Assembly: GCF_006345805.1 (NCBI RefSeq)
Contig: NC_043020.1
Location: forward strand, 7,378,001 to 7,442,000
Direction: 5' to 3'
DNA length: 64,000 nt
Origin: Octopus sinensis
Lineage: Eukaryota
The position numbers and the translations under genes are program-made. The number at the start of each line of letters is the position of its first letter. Positions within the stretch are counted from its first letter, which is position 1. Below are positions 37,390 to 48,074 of this stretch, one piece after another. Under the pieces are notes generated by a model. That model did not search any database and had not been told where the DNA came from. It saw nothing but the letters and a program-made list of their open reading frames with translations.

Positions 37390-38364
37390 TATATATATAT
37401 AAAAGGGGCTACTCCAAACCAATTACCTGTTTGCTCTCAGGTATTCAAAATATGTTAGTCAACTGTTAACATATTAATCCAATAAAGTTCTTATAAGGCA
37501 AAAAATTAGAGGAACATTCCGTTGGATAATTCTGAATATATTCCCTTAGCTATATACGTTTCCTGGAGTATAAATATTGCCAATATTAAAAATAAGGATT
37601 ACCAACACCTGTTTCAATTGCAACTCTACTATAAAACGGTGCAGTCTCTAGCATCAAAATTTGAAATCACCGATGATCTGGCTGCATCTGCTGTTGTAGG
37701 GAGATTGTCTCCCTTGTCAGTCATTTAAGTCATTTAGATACATATGAGAGAGATATGAAAAGCATAAATAATGGACTTTGTATATTCATTCATGCATTGT
37801 AGACTTACAACTATTTCTGGTAGGCATTTTAGGTGCATTTATGGTTTAGTTTACCCAATCGATCAATTGAAAAAACAGATAATACCCTGAAGATGCAATC
37901 ACTGTTAGTCAAACACATCAACTGTTACATCAACTTTCTAATCGGGTGTGTATATTTAAGTGTGTCATCTTCAGGTCATAAGGTTTTGGTTGTTGGTGGT
38001 TTTATTCAGTTATTAATGGGATATTTAACTTTTTGTTTTGAGAATGTGAAAACTAAATATATATATGTGTGTGTGTGTGTCTGTCTGTCTGTGTCTATCT
38101 ATACATGTATATAAAGACATATGCTTTACTCTCAACACATATATTTATGAATCTCATTTGTTTCTCTCTCTCTCTCTTTTATATTTGCTGAACTTGAATG
38201 AAGAATTTTGCCAAGGATCGCCTGTTGTCAAGATAGAATCTGAAAAGATGACCACCTTCATGAAGACCACCTGGGCACTAGTTGTGATCAACGCCATTCT
38301 TCTCATCATCCTCTTGGCTTTTGCGATCACCATTTGCCGGCTACATCGGCAAAAGGATTTCTGA
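6828..38364 (+). CDS. 11-exon gene: single-pass membrane carboxylesterase/cholinesterase-family (neuroligin-like) protein, 661 aa, lacking the catalytic Ser
   Basis: Exons 6828-7118, 10575-10724, 15181-15367, 19519-19704, 20189-20391, 21782-21947, 23004-23182, 27070-27196, 32797-32959, 35053-35225 and 38204-38364 sum to 1986 nt. All introns are GT-AG with matching phases (0,0,1,1,0,1,0,1,2,1). Family motifs occur in order: FLGIPYA, CPQ, EDCLYLN, FIHGGG, NYRL, GNYGLWDQ, GHDAG, SGS, PVVDG, EDEG, GVAHGQEL, FW; then TM helix. Confidence 0.92.
7246..7386. mobile_element. Mariner-type MITE in (TA)n
   Basis: 21-bp TIR aggttgtcccaaaagttcgta / tacgaacttttgggacaacct; a second inverted one-TIR copy at 22125-22240. 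Confidence 0.85.
8930..9330 (-). mobile_element. CR1 3' fragment, second subfamily with longer 3' UTR
   Basis: KVRKQHNSHDFRKH...WNKLPPSV; matches the copy at 18676-19165(+), which has an internal ~90-bp duplication. Confidence 0.85.
9608..10250 (-). mobile_element. CR1-clade LINE 3' fragment
   Basis: 187-aa ORF nearly identical to 28062-28625; (ATT)n tail. Confidence 0.93.
10575..10724 (+). CDS. Exon 2
   Basis: acag|ATT; IPDEPEWDGLWKATKFGPACPQ...MDEDCLYLNIYAPN (carboxylesterase type-B signature, first disulfide); AAT|gtaagt. Confidence 0.96.
10755..10975 (+). repeat. 73-bp tandem repeat x3
   Basis: Units start at 10755, 10828 and 10901. Confidence 0.95.
11225..11875 (+). mobile_element. 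Three tandem copies of SINE family B (head GGTGAGCTGGCAGAA, B box GAGTTCAAATTC, core GCCTTTCATCCTTTCGGGGTCGATAAATTAAGTACCAG, (TTA)n-associated)
   Basis: The same motif recurs more than 20 times, e.g. 19881-20006(-), 22245-22905(- x3), 27225-27440(-), 31790-32330(+), 50470-50665(+), 55660-56580. Confidence 0.85.
11879..12208 (+). mobile_element. Helentron/DINE-1-like non-autonomous element
   Basis: Subterminal inverted CCTCYRCC / GGTGGAGG, (GTTT)n, terminal hairpin GCGCT..AGTGC; second copy at 32341-32703. Confidence 0.7.
12736..12942. mobile_element. Mariner-derived fold-back MITE
   Basis: ~70-bp inverted arms starting TTGGGTTGG, TA flanks; centre encodes a mariner C-terminus DRLPSKWEAVIEVDGEYAPE*. 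Confidence 0.85.
13514..14012. mobile_element. Tigger/pogo-like non-autonomous element
   Basis: TA|CAGTGATCCCTCG ... CGAGGGATCACTA|TA; interrupts the tail of a family-B SINE. Confidence 0.8.
15181..15367 (+). CDS. Exon 3 (correct frame absent from the ORF track)
   Basis: ctttag|GCT; ASSQQGTTHQDGWGQINRPLYPVLVFIHGGGYVMGTSQQFPGLFLAERNVVVVTMNYRLNALG; CTCG|gtaagt, phase 1. Confidence 0.96.
15661..16229. mobile_element. hAT (Charlie-type) non-autonomous element with internal duplication
   Basis: CAGTGGTTCTCAACC left TIR, degenerate GGTTGAGATGCCTTG right TIR; 8-bp TSD gtgtaggg at 15653-15660 and 16230-16237. Confidence 0.85.
19519..19704 (+). CDS. Exon 4 (nucleophile elbow GHDAG)
   Basis: ttcag|GT; FLSTEDQLAAGNYGLWDQVRALLFIKNNIRNFQGDSNKITIAGHDAGAASVGIHLLSPQSQ; CAAA|gtaaaa. 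Confidence 0.96.
20189..20391 (+). CDS. Exon 5
   Basis: ttccag|AA; LFDYAIMMSGS...LGCPTNDNYRLIKCLRQ (second disulfide); AAG|gtaagc. Confidence 0.95.
21782..21947 (+). CDS. Exon 6 (catalytic-position Glu)
   Basis: cttcag|CCC; PGEVGNPWGPVVDG...VLAGIVEDEGAYFI; ATAC|gtaagg. Confidence 0.95.
23004..23182 (+). CDS. Exon 7
   Basis: Long pyrimidine tract, ctcag|CC; NYFGLEDGIQPAEF...LEFEYTYYEDPKNITGIRNRSIA; GCA|gtaggt. Confidence 0.93.
24485..27046 (-). mobile_element. 5'-truncated, frameshifted RTE-clade LINE in intron 7 (antisense to the gene)
   Basis: Consecutive ORF pieces carry RT motifs KPGKAPG, NYRGIKLL, QFGF, FVDLEKAFDRV, GVHQGSALSPLLF, LYADDL, FRYLG, RRLRWYGHV, RGRGRPRKTW; 3' UTR ends in a (GAT)n tail at ~24485. 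Confidence 0.95.
27070..27196 (+). CDS. Exon 8
   Basis: ttttag|CTG; LMSDYMFGAGV...TYFYVFKYKS...LPPWRG; AGAG|gtgagg. Confidence 0.94.
27811..28697 (+). mobile_element. CR1-clade LINE 3' fragment (RT from YADD to stop, short 3' UTR, (ATT)n tail)
   Basis: YADDIKLY, RDLGITVS, LYTAMVRPHLEFASSVWNPY, LESVQRRATKRI, FFTLRVAEAWNKLP; frame uninterrupted. Confidence 0.93.
29625..29795 (+). pseudogene. Degenerate RTE ORF fragment
   Basis: NSIQCTTYCKLWTHKR...CGGC...SLEVV is homologous to NSIRCTQCKLWTHKRC...CGRC...KLEVV in the 25334-26167 ORF. Confidence 0.7.
32797..32959 (+). CDS. Exon 9 (catalytic-position His)
   Basis: cgcag|GA; GVAHGQELQYVFGFP...MSNYMMTVFTNFTLHG; TGG|gttagt, phase 2. Confidence 0.95.
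33780..34625 (+). repeat. ~398-bp tandem duplication in intron 9
   Basis: Identical ORF starts at 34057/34455 and 34083/34481; breakpoints in (TA)(CA) tracts. Confidence 0.9.
35053..35225 (+). CDS. Exon 10 (end of esterase domain)
   Basis: ttccag|G; APTP...FWPPF...YMII...YRQQEYMFWTDYFPKV; TTAA|gtaagt. Confidence 0.93.
35250..36460 (+). repeat. Pyrimidine-rich ~27-30-bp minisatellite (TCTTCTTCCTCTCCTTCTTTGTTTTGT)
   Basis: ~1.2 kb with almost no A on the + strand. Confidence 0.95.
37071..37352 (+). mobile_element. Sister SINE: same tRNA-Arg-like head, different 3' body
   Basis: First ~150 nt match 43491 onward, then the sequence diverges; inserted in (TA)n. Confidence 0.8.
38204..38364 (+). 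CDS. Exon 11: short stalk, transmembrane helix, short tail, stop
   Basis: First AG after a (CT)n tract, phase 1; FCQGSPVVKIESEKMTTFMKTT-WALVVINAILLIILLAFAITIC-RLHRQKDF*. A second in-frame acceptor is possible at 38216. Confidence 0.78.
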
Positions 38365-38756
38365 AACTACTAAATGTTGCATTTTGGCAGCGAAATGTCC
38401 CTCTCAAATCATACCCTGCTAGCTATAAGGACCCCCACCCCGCCAGAAAAAAAGGGGGGAATTGAACAATATCTTAGATAAACAAGAAAAACATGGGCTG
38501 GTCACATCTTGATTGTCTGTGGATAATGTTGATAATAACAACAATTATCCATGTATTTATTTTGTTGACCAATCTTCCGTACCATATACACTTGCTTTCC
38601 TTGAGAAAGTTTTCTACTGTGACAGGTTTAGCTGACTGTCCAGTTGTCCAGTTGGTCACTTCCGAAACAGTGTAACATCTTGTGAATATAATTCTTTCTT
38701 TTCAATCCAGATGAAAAAAAAAAAAAAAATTCAAAACCTGGAATCGGTATAATAAT

Positions 38757-38762
38757 AATAAA
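38757..38762 (+). terminator. Candidate polyadenylation signal
   Basis: AATAAA ~390 nt after the stop codon; lies in an (AAT)n tract, so it could be chance. Confidence 0.25.
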
Positions 38763-38780
38763 GCAATAATAATAATAATA

Positions 38781-39300
38781 ATAATTTTTGGTGCATTAGG
38801 CATGATAAAAAAATATTCAGACAAATACATAACAAAAACACCAGGACTTACAAACACATATAACATACAGAAAATTGCACTACTAGGCACTGCACACATC
38901 CTACGCAGAACACTTTCCATACAATAACCATCAGAGCATCACAACAAATCACAGCACATACCCAAGGCACACAGAGCTGTGCTCGGTAGTGAAGTGAAAG
39001 CACGCTATAAAAAGAAAATTAATAATAATAATAATATAATAATAATAATTTTTGGTGCATTAGGCATGATAAAAAAATATTCAGACAAATACATAACAAA
39101 AACACCAGGACTTACAAACACATATAACATACAGAAAATTGCACTACTAGGCACTGCACACATCCTACGCAGAACACTTTCCATACAATAACCATCAGAG
39201 CATCACAACAAATCACAGCACATACCCAAGGCACACAGAGCTGCGCTCGGTAGTGAAGTGAAAGCACGCTATAAAAATAAAACTACTGAATAATAATAAT
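38781..39300 (+). mobile_element. Two tandem 3' ends of an R4/Dong-like (RLE-type) non-LTR retrotransposon in (TAA)n
   Basis: IFGALGMIKK...IQKIALLGTAHILRRTLSIQ* C-terminus typical of this group; period 264 bp; flanked by (TAA)n. Confidence 0.75.
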
Positions 39301-42300
39301 AATGATGATGATAATAATCACAGCAGCCAAGTATCAAAGCTTATAATATGTGGAAAGAGATGCTGTGAGACCTGACAACAATCTGCTGTCTGCTCTCACA
39401 GAATCAACCAGAGCAAATAACCAAGCGCTTTGAGAAGTATAATAATTATAATGATAATAATGAAAATAACTTGTAGGATCCATGGAAATTCCACAGAACG
39501 AAAAAAGATTAAGAGAAGCTATTTAAGAAAGAAAGGATGATTTTTATTTTATTTTGTAAAGTATTTCGCTTCCAGTTAGAATAATATATTACATGATTTT
39601 AAAATTTCCCTCTGCTAAGCACTTTACATTTCTCTCTTTCTCTTCACCTCTCACTTCCACCAGTCACATGAGTGACAGCATAATGCATTGACTGGCTATC
39701 TGCTCTCTCATTCCTCCTCCTCCTCTCTAACAAACTAAAGCGTAAAGTAAGTATGAGCAGGTCATCATCATCATCGTCGTTTAGCGTCCGTTTTCCATGC
39801 TAGCATGGGTTGGACGAAGAAGAATATTATAGATTTAGTTCAACAGAAAAATATTCTTTTCACTATCAACACACCACCATCATTATCAGTATAGCTTTCA
39901 ATGTATCTCTATTCTGACAATACAAATGCTATCTGCCACCCTCACTCCCAATATAACTGCCTCCCCTGTTCATCTTTCTCTATCTACCATTCTTTAACCT
40001 CACCACTCAGAGCATCACCCTCTGCTAAATATTGTATCCTAAACATATCTCTTTCCCTTTCCCTCACCACTTTAATAATAAAAGTAATGATGATGATACT
40101 ATCAATAATAACTTGCGTCCTTGACATTGTGTTGGCATGTACACCACTGCAAGGACTGCAATTCTCTAATTTTACTCTGCTCTCTTTGCCTATTGTCTCC
40201 ACCATGGGAACCTTAATGCAGCTAAATCTCTGTTGGATCATATTCCTATCTTGGGGGAATGTATATTAGAAAATCCAGGCTTCCAGATAAGGCAGGAATG
40301 GCCTAGAGGTCTTTTGGTGAGAAGTTTTCTTGATTGAGACTGACTTGGGGCTACACAATAACGACGACAACAACTTTATTGGTATACAATATGAGCCAAC
40401 AAGAGGAAGCTCTTTGCTACCACACGAACTGCTAGAAATAGCAACCAGATCTCAAACATTGGATAATGTTGTCCAGAAAATACTGCATCTTTAAAAAAGA
40501 TAATAGAACAAAAATCTTTTATTATAAGTCTGGTCTGGCCTGGCCTGGTCTAGTCTTGAACAATCTGCAGTTTCGTTGTTTAGTAACAACAACAATAACA
40601 ATAATAGTAATAGACCAACAGATTTTACAGAGGACAAACTCAACCTGCTCCCAGACTTTTACACTGTACCCTTTGTCATTAGAATACACAGCATTGTCCT
40701 CAGTCAAGCAGGAACATGGTGAGTTTGGCTGCCTGGATCTCTGTTCTTATGGGCCTTGGTCTGCTTAGTCCAGACTGACCAATGTCAATTACCATTCAGC
40801 TTTTTTTTTTTTTTTAATATATATTTTATGTATAGTGTTTTTCTTATTTGAATACTAGCTTTATTTGAAATGACACTTTGAGTACATCCGAAGGTGAGTG
40901 TGAGTAAAAACTGATTACTTGAGTGTAATATGAGACAATGATTGCTGACTATGAGTGAAAATAGTTTAAATATTGATTACATGAGTGTAACTTGAACTGA
41001 AGCACTGGTCACTTCAGCCCTTTTGTTACCATATTTATGTTGAAATCCACTGTCTTTGTTACAATTAAATTTGAAAATATTGACGTGTTTTATAAAATAA
41101 TCTTGGTATTTGGGACACTATGAAATTTTGATGGAAGATCACTTTAACCCTTTTGTTACCATGTTTCTTTGTTTCAGTTAATTTTGAAAATAATGAATTT
41201 AGTAGAATTATTTTGGTGCTGTTAAGCTGGTTTATTGGAACAAATAATTAAAAAACTTCCATAGAAGAATGCTTACATTTTGATCACTTTAACTCTTTTG
41301 TTACCATACCCTTGTTGAAATACACTGCTTTAGCTGTAACTTGATATAGTGTTTTTTTGAACTGCTGATTGCTTTCATTTTGTAATAGACAGCTATCATG
41401 CAGAAAATACCAACTTCCAAATCCTGTTTTCTGATTAGGTTAAAATTGATTAAACTTTAAACTTTAGTAACATTTTTCTGCAATTTTTCTGGAAAAAATA
41501 AATTACAAAATCGGATTTAATGCAGAAAATTGTTTCAATGTATCAAATTTGAATATTTTGATTTGATTTTAGAATTTCACAATATGTGACAGCAACAGGG
41601 AAGACCCCACAAAAGTAGAGAGAGAGACAAAGTTATAGGATCTCTCTCTCTCTCTCTCACACATACACATTTACAAACATACATACAGGTAATCACGAGT
41701 TTAAAATGGTGTATAGTAGATATATGTATGTATTTATATTATGTCTGTGTTTATTTGCGATGAGAGCAAAAAAACCACATGTTAACAACCGTTGTCAACT
41801 TACCCCTTCTCTCCTTAAAGCCACATATTCCTCACACACACCTTTCCCTTCCTCAGTGTTTTAAAAGTTACTTATGTGTGTATATGCATGTATCTATGTA
41901 TTTATATAAGTATGTTTGCAGCATTGCTTGTATATCCCTGAATGACAGCTGTATTAACGTTATCGTCGTACTGCCACTCCGTATTTGTCGCTTACATAAA
42001 TTTGTTCTCCCCTTCCCTGATATCAGTGACACTCACTATGCCACCACATTTCCCTCACACTAACACTCTTGCACTCTTCTAATTTCATCAAATAGTAGCC
42101 CAGCCTCACTAGGGGAGGGGGGCATTATAGATTTTGATTGAAATTCAGTTAGCCTAAAATTGAACTGGATGTTAGTTTAACATGTATGCAAAGTTTCATT
42201 AAGATTGGTTCGCTGGTGTAGGCAGCAAGATGGCAACAGACAGATCAACAGACAGAAATTGCCATTTATGTATAAGATATGTATAGTTATATATATATAT

Positions 42301-43490
42301 ATATATATGTAATATATGTTTGCCCAAATCGAGTATCAAGCAAAATACCTTCTGGTGTTAGCTTATATCCCCATTCACAGGTTGGCTTTGCCTTTCAAGA
42401 TTCCGAAGTTGAGAAAGTTTGTACCTATTTACAATTACTTACTACATTATTGAATATGTTGTCCCAGCATGACCAAACTGATTGACACTAGTAAAGTTTA
42501 AAAGTGTAAAGTCTTGTGAATATAATAGCGACATTCTTATCATTAACCCTCTTCTGCTAATTAATCTATCACAAATCATTGGTACATATACTTTCAATGA
42601 ATCTCTTATTGTATATCTGTTGTAATTACTTTTGAATTATTTTTGTAAAATATTAAAAATATAAATGGAGAACTGTAGTTGTTGTTGTTTTTACATTATT
42701 GCCACTGCAGACTTAGTTACTATTTCAAGCACATTGGGTGGCTGCAAGAGTGGCTCCTTCATTCAAGCATCATGTCTCTGTTAGAAACAATTATTATTAA
42801 AGTAGGGCGTTAGGAAGGGCATCCAGCCGTAGAAACATTGCCAGATCAAACTGGGCCTGGTGCAGCCTTCTGGCTTCTCAGACCCCAGTTGAACCTTCCA
42901 ACCCATGCCAGCATGGAAAGCGGACGCTAAACGATGATGATGATGAACTGGCAGAACTTAGTACACTGGGAAAAATGCTTGCTGGCATTTCATGTCTTTT
43001 CTTGATGCTTTTGTGACAAAACGGCCGAACTTTAACATTTTATACACTGCATTTTCTCTGGAATTGTCTCCCTTGACGTTGTCCTGTTACAACAGGGGAG
43101 AAAACAGTTATGGTGACATGATGCACCTGCAGTGTGCTAAAGAGTAAAGAGTGTAAGATTGTTATAGAATGGTATTTCATATTTGAGAATGTTGAAATTC
43201 AGTGACAATAGAAGCATGAATTTGGAACAACGTCGAACATGCTTGACAATTTTCTGGATTCATGATAAATTTGAAAAGCATAGTATTGTCTGGTGAAGGG
43301 AAAATTTGGTAGACCTTGTACAGTAACAAGTGCTGATTCTTTGACTGCGATGTTGGAACATTTCACACATTTGTCACAGAGTTCCATCTTACAATGTGCA
43401 CATGAAACGGAAGTAAGCAGTACAAGTCTATGGCACATGGTTAAAAAAGTTATGTTGAAAGTTTACATCTCAGGGTTATTATGACCAATT

Positions 43491-43862
43491 GGAGGCGCAA
43501 TGGCCCAGTGGTTAGGGCAGCGGACTCGCGGTCGTAGGATCGCGGTTTCGATTCCCAGACCGGGCGTTGTGAGTGTTTATTGAGCGAAAACACCTAAAGC
43601 TCCAGCAGGGGATGGTGGTGATCCCTGCTGTACTCTTTCACCACAACTTTCTCTCACTCTTACTTCCTGTTTCTGTTGTACCTGTATTTCAAGGGGCCGG
43701 CCTTGTCACTCTCTGTGTCACGCTGAATATCCCCGAGAACTACGTTAAGGGTACACGTGTCTGTGGAGTGCTCAGCCACTTACACGTTAATTTCATGAGC
43801 AGGCTGTTCCGTTGATTCGGATCAACCGGAACCCTCATCATCGTAACCGACGGAGTGCTTCC
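43491..43862 (+). mobile_element. tRNA-Arg-like SINE, full length
   Basis: A box TGGCCCAGTGG, TCG anticodon-like loop, B-box-like GTTTCGATTCC; 13-bp TSD attatgaccaatt at 43478-43490 and 43863-43875. Confidence 0.92.
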
Positions 43863-43975
43863 ATTATGACCAATTAGCGATGACGATCCTGATTGGAGAA
43901 TTGAGTTTTGCAACGAGTTTCAACCTGTGGTAAGTGAAGATGATTGTGTTGTCAGAGGAAGCACAATTGAAACTA

Positions 43976-44876
43976 TTGGGTCATCCCATAAATAATGTGT
44001 GAAGTAAGGCCAGTGAGGGAGATGGGATAAACTACCTGCATCAACTTGCTATAAAAGCAGGAAGTAATTTTACCTTGTACTTATTCTTAGTGCAAGTTTT
44101 GAAGAGTGCAGTTTGATTTTTAAGTTATTTTTTCAAAGCTATAATGGAAGTAACAAAGGAGCATATTTGGAATATTTTGCTTTATGAGTTCAATAAAGGC
44201 AACAATGCAATGGAAAGTGTGAGGAATATTAATGCAGTATATGGGGATCGGACAATAAGCATAAGCCAGTGTCAAAGGTGGTTCCAGAAATTCTGAGCTG
44301 GAAACTACAGCCCAAAAGATGAACGTCATCCTGGAAGATCTGTAGAGCTCAACAAGGATGTCCTGCAAACCCTGGTGGAACAAAATCCCATCGTAACTGT
44401 TGAGGAACTAGCAGGGAAGCTTGAATTTGGTCATTCAACAACACCAGTGCTAGAAGAAAAACCACCATCTTTGGTTTCAAGACGAAAAATGTTCCTCCAT
44501 CAGGATAATGCTCTGCCACATACAGCAAGGATGGCATTCCAAAGGCTAGAGCAGTTTAAATGGGAAATGATGCTCCACCCACCATATTCATCGGACATTG
44601 CTCTATCTGATTATCATTTATTCCGCAGTCTTCAAAATCATTTGGATGGAAAAAATATGAATTCTATAGACGAGGTAAGAACAGTATTAGAGGAGTATTT
44701 TTCGTCACGGACAAGTGAATTTTGAAAGAGAGGCCTTGCGAGTCTACTAGATAGATGGAAGAGCATTGTAGAAAATGAAGGAGGGTATATTTTAGATTAA
44801 AAAAGAACTTTGTCTATCTTAATTTTGAAAAATAAAAGAAGTATAAAAAAACTGCATTATTTATGGGATGACCCAA
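43976..44876 (+). mobile_element. Internally deleted mariner (DD34D) transposon
   Basis: 22-bp TIRs ttgggtcatcccataaataatg, TA duplications at 43974-5 and 44877-8; pseudo-ORF 44144-44800 with HTH, HQDNALPH, HPPYSSDIALSDYHLF; two internal stops; WVPHEL and first Asp deleted. Confidence 0.95.
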
Positions 44877-47800
44877 TAAATGGGACTGTGAACTGACAAC
44901 TGTGTTTACTGGTCATCAGGAGATCCTTATTTGCATGTGGACAAAGCAGCCATTTTACCAGGGGTCAATGTCTGGTATGGAGTATCCTCAAGAGGTTTGT
45001 TACGAGCATTTTCCTTCGAAGGTCCTGTCACTAGTCAAGCATACCTGGACATGCTATGCTTGTCCATTTAACCTGCCATACATGCACTTTGTGGTAAAGT
45101 TGAAATTTTCTTGTGAAAGATGGCACACTGCCTCACTGTTGGCCAAAATGTGTGAGCTTGCCCAGATGGAAATTTGCTAAAACACTGGACAGGGTGAGGA
45201 GGTACAGTTGAGTTCCTTGCATGTTCTCCTGATTTAACACCTGCAGATTTTTACTTATGGGACACCCTAAAGGATGCTGTATATTGAAGAAAAGTGGCTA
45301 CATTGATGGCCTGTGCAGAAATCCCACTGGACATGTTGACCAACAGTGCCCAAGCAACAGTTCACCATACTAATAATAAATGCCTGGAATCCAATCGGTA
45401 CTACTTTGAGCACCTTTTATAATTAGAGATTAAAGGTAATAGTTGTTGAAGATGCTGTGCAGTGAGATTGAACTCAAAACTACATGGTTGCTAAGCAAGC
45501 ATCTTAACCACACAGACCTGGACCTCATGACAAAAAAAAAAATCATAACAAAACCAAAGCAATTATAAAATATCAAATATCTAGGAGTGGCTGTGTGGTA
45601 AGTAGCTTGCTAACCAACCACATGGTTCCGGGTTCAGTCCCACTGCGTGGCACCTTGGGCAAGTGTCTTCTGCTATAGCCCCGGGCCGACCAATGCCTTG
45701 TGAGTGGATTTGGTAGATGGAAACTGAAAGAAGCCTGTCGTATATATGTATATTATGCGTGTGTGTGTTTGTGTGTCTGTGTTTGTCCCCCTAGCATTGC
45801 TTGACAACCAATGCTGGTGTGTTTACGTTCCTGTCACTTAGCGGTTCGGCAAAAGAGACCGATAGAATAAGTACTGGGCTTACAAAGAATAAGTCCTGGG
45901 GTCGATTTGGTCGACTAAAGGCGGTGCTCCAGCATGGCCGCAGTCAACTGACTGAAACAAGTAAAAGTGTAAAAGAGAGAGAGAGAGAGTTGTTGAAGAT
46001 GCTGTGCAGTGGGATTGAACTCAAAGCTACATGGTTGCTAAGCAAGCATCTTAACCACACAGACCTGGACCTCATGACAAATAACAAAACCCCATAAAAC
46101 CAAAGCAATTATAAAACATCAAATATCTATATATGAATAAACTGGTTTAAGGGATATTTGGATGCTATTTCTAGCAGATTAAGTAACCACGTAGAGGCTC
46201 TTTCATTGATTTCATTTGTATAACATATTGGTTTTGTTCGACTCTCTCTCTCTCTCTATTAAATATTAAACATTTAAAGTAATATTACAGTGTGTCATTT
46301 ACTCAAGTAATGTGCATAGACTATAAAACAGAGCTATTTCGTTTCGAAGACAGACAAAATACAAAACATAATAGTTTTCTGTTAAACAGGGTTTCAAGAC
46401 AAAACAAAACCCCATCTATTAAATATTGACGGTTGGAACAAGTATTACATTCTGTGATTTACTTGTGTATTCACTGCAAAATAATGAGGCTTCTGGTTAT
46501 ACGGTTTAGAAGAGAGAATGGACACGATGTTTTTTGTGTCCAATTCAGATTCGATACAAAACATGGATATTAAATATTCAAATTTTACCAGGGTAATAAG
46601 TATAAATGATCTATTAACATTTATTTAATCCATAAAAAAACATGTCTATTAAATGTTGATTGCAAGGATAGGCTCCTGGCCAAAATCTTTTGTGCAAGTG
46701 GTAGAACAATTTTATCAAACTCTGGTATTTGTTTTATAAAACTTGGTGGGATGAAAGACAAGATTATAGGAAATTTGCTGGAAACATTTTTGCTGCAGGA
46801 AAATTTGTTTTTTAAAAAAACTTTTTCAACAAAAAAATAGATTAGCAGTTTTCTTAAAATGGCAACTTCGTTAGCTAACCTACGAATTAGAGAAAGGTAA
46901 TTTCTTTAAAATGTGTTATTTAGTTTACAGTCTGCTTGTATGCCTCCTTCATGGTGAAATTTCCAATGGCAAATTTTCCCATAGCAAAAATGTTTATGGC
47001 AAGTTTTCTGAACACGGAAAGACAATGTTGATCCTGGTATTGTTGGAACTTAAAAATACTTGGGATTAAGGCCAGGGTAAACTGGGAAGTCACCCAGGAG
47101 CCTCACTGGTCTATAGTCCCAATTCTGCTCTCTTTTACTCTTTTACTTGTTTCAGTCATTTGACTGTGGCCATGCTGGAGCACCGCCTTTAGTCGAGCAA
47201 ATCAACCCCAGGACTTATTCTTTGTAAGCCTAGTACTTATTCTATCGGTCTCTTTTGCTGAATCGCTAAGTTACGGAGACATAAACACACCAGCATCGGT
47301 TGTCAAGCGATATTGGAGGGACAAACACAGACACACAAACATATACACACACACACATATATATATATACATATATATACGACAGGCTTCTTTCAGTTTC
47401 CATCTACCAAATCCACTCACAAGGCTTTGGTCGGCCCGAGGCTATAGTAGAAGACACTTGCCCAAGGTGCCACACAGTGGGACTGAACCCAGAACCATGT
47501 GGTTGGTAAGCAAGCTACTTACCACACAGCCACTCCTACGCCTTTATTGTGGGTTGTTGTTCATAAGAAATACTAAAGGGACCAGTGCATTGATTTTCCC
47601 AGGGTCCTATAAAGTTGTGAAGACAGTCTTCAATAGGGCCCTTGTAATAAAGGAGTAGGCCATCACCTATTGATAGATTTAAACGACTATCTGTAATTGA
47701 TCCTATAGAAATGACGTGTGTTTTTCTGAAATGCTACATGTTGGAAGGTTTTAAATTAGATCACTTTAACCCCTTTGTTACCATATTTCTGTGGGTGTTC

Positions 47801-48023
47801 ACTGCTGTTGTTTCAATTAATTTTGACAATAATGAATTTAGTTAAATTACTTTGCCATTATAGGCGCAGGAGTGGCTGTGTGGTAAGTAGGTTGCTTACA
47901 AACCACATGGTTCCGGGTTCAGTCCCACTGCATGGCATCTTGGGCAAGTGTCATCTGCTATAGCCCCGGGCCGACCAACGCCTTGTGAATGGATTTGGTA
48001 GGTGGAAACTGAAAGAAGCCTGT

Positions 48024-48074
<51 letters not shown>

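Larger units (their letters stand above)
43130..45421 (+). mobile_element. Fossil DD41D (rosa/Visitor-type) Tc1/mariner transposase interrupted by a SINE and a mariner
   Basis: Degenerate motifs GRPCTVTS, DDDPDWRIEFC, EEAQLKL-NGTVN, CVYWS, PGVNVWYGVS, DGTLPH, SPDLTPADFYLWDTLKDAVY; second and third Asp codons (45119, 45246) are 127 nt apart = 41 residues plus a 1-nt frameshift. Confidence 0.8.

Noticed and set aside
6828-38364. Calling the gene acetylcholinesterase or an NLGN ortholog
   Set aside because: No catalytic Ser, no third disulfide and no neuroligin-type cytoplasmic tail; orthology needs a phylogeny
43491-43565. tRNA-Arg gene
   Set aside because: Head of a SINE with body and TSD; no proper acceptor stem. 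The same applies to other tRNA-like heads in the window.
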